The notes beneath the pieces are model-generated. The model saw only the letters and a program-made list of their open reading frames with translations, was not told the origin of the DNA and searched no databases. The position numbers and the translations under genes were made by a program. Below, piece after piece: positions 61,148-64,000 of a DNA stretch of 64,000 bases. Every line of letters starts with the position of its first letter. Within the stretch, counting starts at the first letter, position 1. The DNA lies in the NCBI GenBank assembly GCA_036172245.1, contig JAYWIR010000023.1, forward strand, positions 1 through 64,000. Direction: 5' to 3'. This DNA is from Raillietiella orientalis (lineage: Eukaryota).

Positions 61148-64000
61148 CCTGTGTTCGTAAGGGTAAAGGATGAAGGCGCCGCAAGTTGCCCTTTTGTTTT
61201 GCTCTTGCGATCCGAAACGTTGTCGTGAGCGCTCGCAAGACGGCGCACGGCTGAAACACCCTGAGGCATGGTGATCATTCTGAAGCTCAAAACGCCTCTA
61301 GCTTCAGTATCCGTTTCAGTTGTTTTGCTCGGCATCATTAGGTGTTGGCTACATATGAATCGGGAACACGTTTCGTGCCGTATGTGGTCCGTGCACTCGA
61401 AAATCAAGATCTTCCTCCGCCTAACACCCAGGTTTGAGGACCCGCGATGGGAAATGTGAAAAATTTTCGGGAACGTTACCTTCGTTTCCAAAAGAAATCT
61501 TTTTTTTTTTCTCCTCTTTTCATCTGATTCTTTTTTGTCACTAAGTGCGAGCAGCATTCGCTCGGGACCTGAAACTTCAGCATCCACCTTCCTAGTGTTT
61601 CTCGTCTTAGTATAGTCGCATTGCAGTTTGCAGTGTCCCAGCGCTTAGGGCTGTCAGTTGTGAAGGAGACGGCTGCTTCTGTGCACGCTCTGTCTGCTCA
61701 CACGGTGTTCGTTAGGTGTTTATGATTGGGCACTGACTGATTCCTAGGAAAAATGCTGAAGAATGGAGAAGCACATGCGAGAGCACTCTTTGTCACCACA
61801 CACTTTCAAATCGAAAAATCAAGTTGAAGCTGGAACACGCGAACGCACTCGGGAAATTCATCCGGAACGGAGATGATGGTGCAGCAGCGAGATGCTTGAC
61901 TTTCACCGCCACGGATGTTCTTCCGGTCAGAGCGTTCTCCGTCAGTGGCTGGACTACTTTCATGGGCAAGAACCAGCATCAGCTAGCACACGGATGCGCT
62001 TCATCCTTCCGGAGATTCTTCTGAAAAGCCACTGGCGGTTTGACTGAGAGTTCGAGGCCAAGAGCGTGCAAATGGCTGTTCCTAGTCGTACAAACCACAT
62101 CAACCAAAAGACGTTTGCTCCCAGCAGAGCATCTGTCCGAAATCCTGAATCTCTGGGCGCCGTCTCTGTAGCCTGGCTTCTGCAGTGATCGATGTGTTCA
62201 AAGCATCATTTCGGAAAGATGGCTGCGGTGGAAGAGAATTTGGCAATTCCACTGGAACAAGACTTCTTGAACACGAATCGTCTTAATGCTTGCCTCTAAA
62301 GATCAAAACGGCGCGTGCAAGAATAAAATCCTCCTAGGCATCATGCTCACTTTGTGCTTACGAATGTACACACATCAAGTGGACGCATTTTTTTTTTTTT
62401 TTTTTTTATAAAAAATGGATGCTTTTTAGAATCGATGGATCAGTGAGACAAAAGAGAGGCACCATTCGCTGAATGTTGATGTTAGAATTTTTTGTTTGTC
62501 TGCCTGCATTGTAATTCTTCCTTTCCATTCAGCCGCTGCATTCCTTCTCACCTAAAGTTGAAGCTGATCTCTACTGAAATTTCCTCCACTGGCAAACTGA
62601 CCACCATTCCTGCATTTTAATCGAAACGTAGGAGTCGGCCGAAAGGCTCTAGCAAGCGATCATGTTGAAAAAAAAAAAAAAAATCAGGGATTCAATCTGA
62701 AGAGCTGAATGTCAATTTCAGAATTTGTTCCCGCTCAAATCAACAGGTGGGTAAAAGAGACTGCTTCAGCTCTCTCCGTGCAGCTCGTCATCCAGCAGTG
62801 GGGCATTCTTCTCAAAAAAGATCCACTGTGGAAATGTTCCAATGAAATCCCACAAAAGCTGCAGTTCGAGCTGCAGGAGAGATAAGATTGATTTCGAAAC
62901 AGCATCCACTTCATCGAGAACTGTGATTAGAAGCGGGAACTCCCCCCCCCCTTTTTCCCTCCAAAACAGTCCGTCCCCAATCCTCCAGTGGAAGGGAAAG
63001 AAAAAGGCACATGAATAAAAGTCGAATTTTCAAGTGCTTTGAACAAACATGTACGAGAAACCAATCCGTAATGTCAAAGCCTCCGCCGCTTTCTGGTACT
63101 TTGATAAGAAAGAAGAGATGCCAATCACTTGGATTTTATTAATTCGGATTGGAAAATAATTGAAAGCTTTCAAAAATGATCCCGGCGCAGTCAAAAACCC
63201 TAGAAGTTTCTCCGTTTACCGACTAAGTAGTTTTTCTCCAGACTGAATGAATGCCTTGACGGATGTATCCATTTTTTGCTTGTACGCCACGTTTGGTTTA
63301 CATTTTTTGCCCTTGGGTATTTCACGGTTCCTTCTGCAATGACACATTGCAGTAATGAACGACTTCTTGCACAATCGAAGATACGAAGAAGTGGTTAGAT
63401 AACTCGTGACGTCAAAACAGTATCCAAAATCTCAAGGACGGGATTTTTTCAGATGGAGGGACCCTTAGCCCCGAAGGATGCTGTTGAAATCAAAGATAAC
63501 TTCGTAGCCGAAGATGTGTTGCCCCCCTCCCCCCCCCAAAAAAAAAAAAACAACTTCCATTGCATGGCCGGATGTGTTTCTTCCTCAAGAATTCCATCGG
63601 ACTTTCCCGAGAAGTGTTTCGTGTCCAAAAACCTACAACTCAATCCCTGTCCAACTAACGGCTTCGTGCTAGCAAAACCCTCGAATTCTGCGGCCTCACG
63701 ACTTGGGGCTCACGACGCATAGTGAGGGCGAGATTGGACAGAGGTACTTCAATTGCAGCCAACCCTTTGAGGACGGTTCGTGTCGGAAATCGAATTACCC
63801 GACAGGTGGAAACTGCTTTTCCTGGAAACGCAACGCAACGCCAAGTCGTTCAGCCATTTCAAGTAATCGCACACGTCTTCCCGCACTTTCTTCCTGGTTG
63901 TGCTCTCTCAGGCTGGAGGATTTCCGTCTCATGGAAGCGAAGTCTGCTGGTCTTCGTGCTTGGCCTGCAATCAGATAGACACGAGAGTTTGGTACAGTTC

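Overview
Eukaryotic genomic DNA from an animal. The 18S fragment and gene set look arthropod-like, and most introns are very short (37-60 nt). From left to right: (1) a cluster of decayed L1/Tx1-type non-LTR retrotransposon pieces, with two + strand ORF2 remnants and a convergent - strand zinc-knuckle ORF1 (1-6.4 kb); (2) a GC/CpG-rich domain with a 3.3-kb direct duplication at a 5,012-bp offset; (3) two tandem insulin-degrading enzyme (IDE, M16A) paralogs that share 18 intron positions but have opposite base composition; (4) DNAJC11 and melted/VEPH1 on the - strand; (5) about 9 kb of apparently non-coding sequence. Three observations stand out. The GC-rich IDE copy appears to have gained a classical signal-peptide exon 5.5 kb upstream, giving a putative secreted insulinase. 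One of its introns holds a TSD-flanked chimeric retrocopy: a 1.1-kb 18S rRNA fragment fused to a long tRNA-headed SINE with poly(A). The LINE cluster may contain an element with convergent ORF2/ORF1 architecture. All exon models, identities and composition values were read by eye and need computational confirmation.
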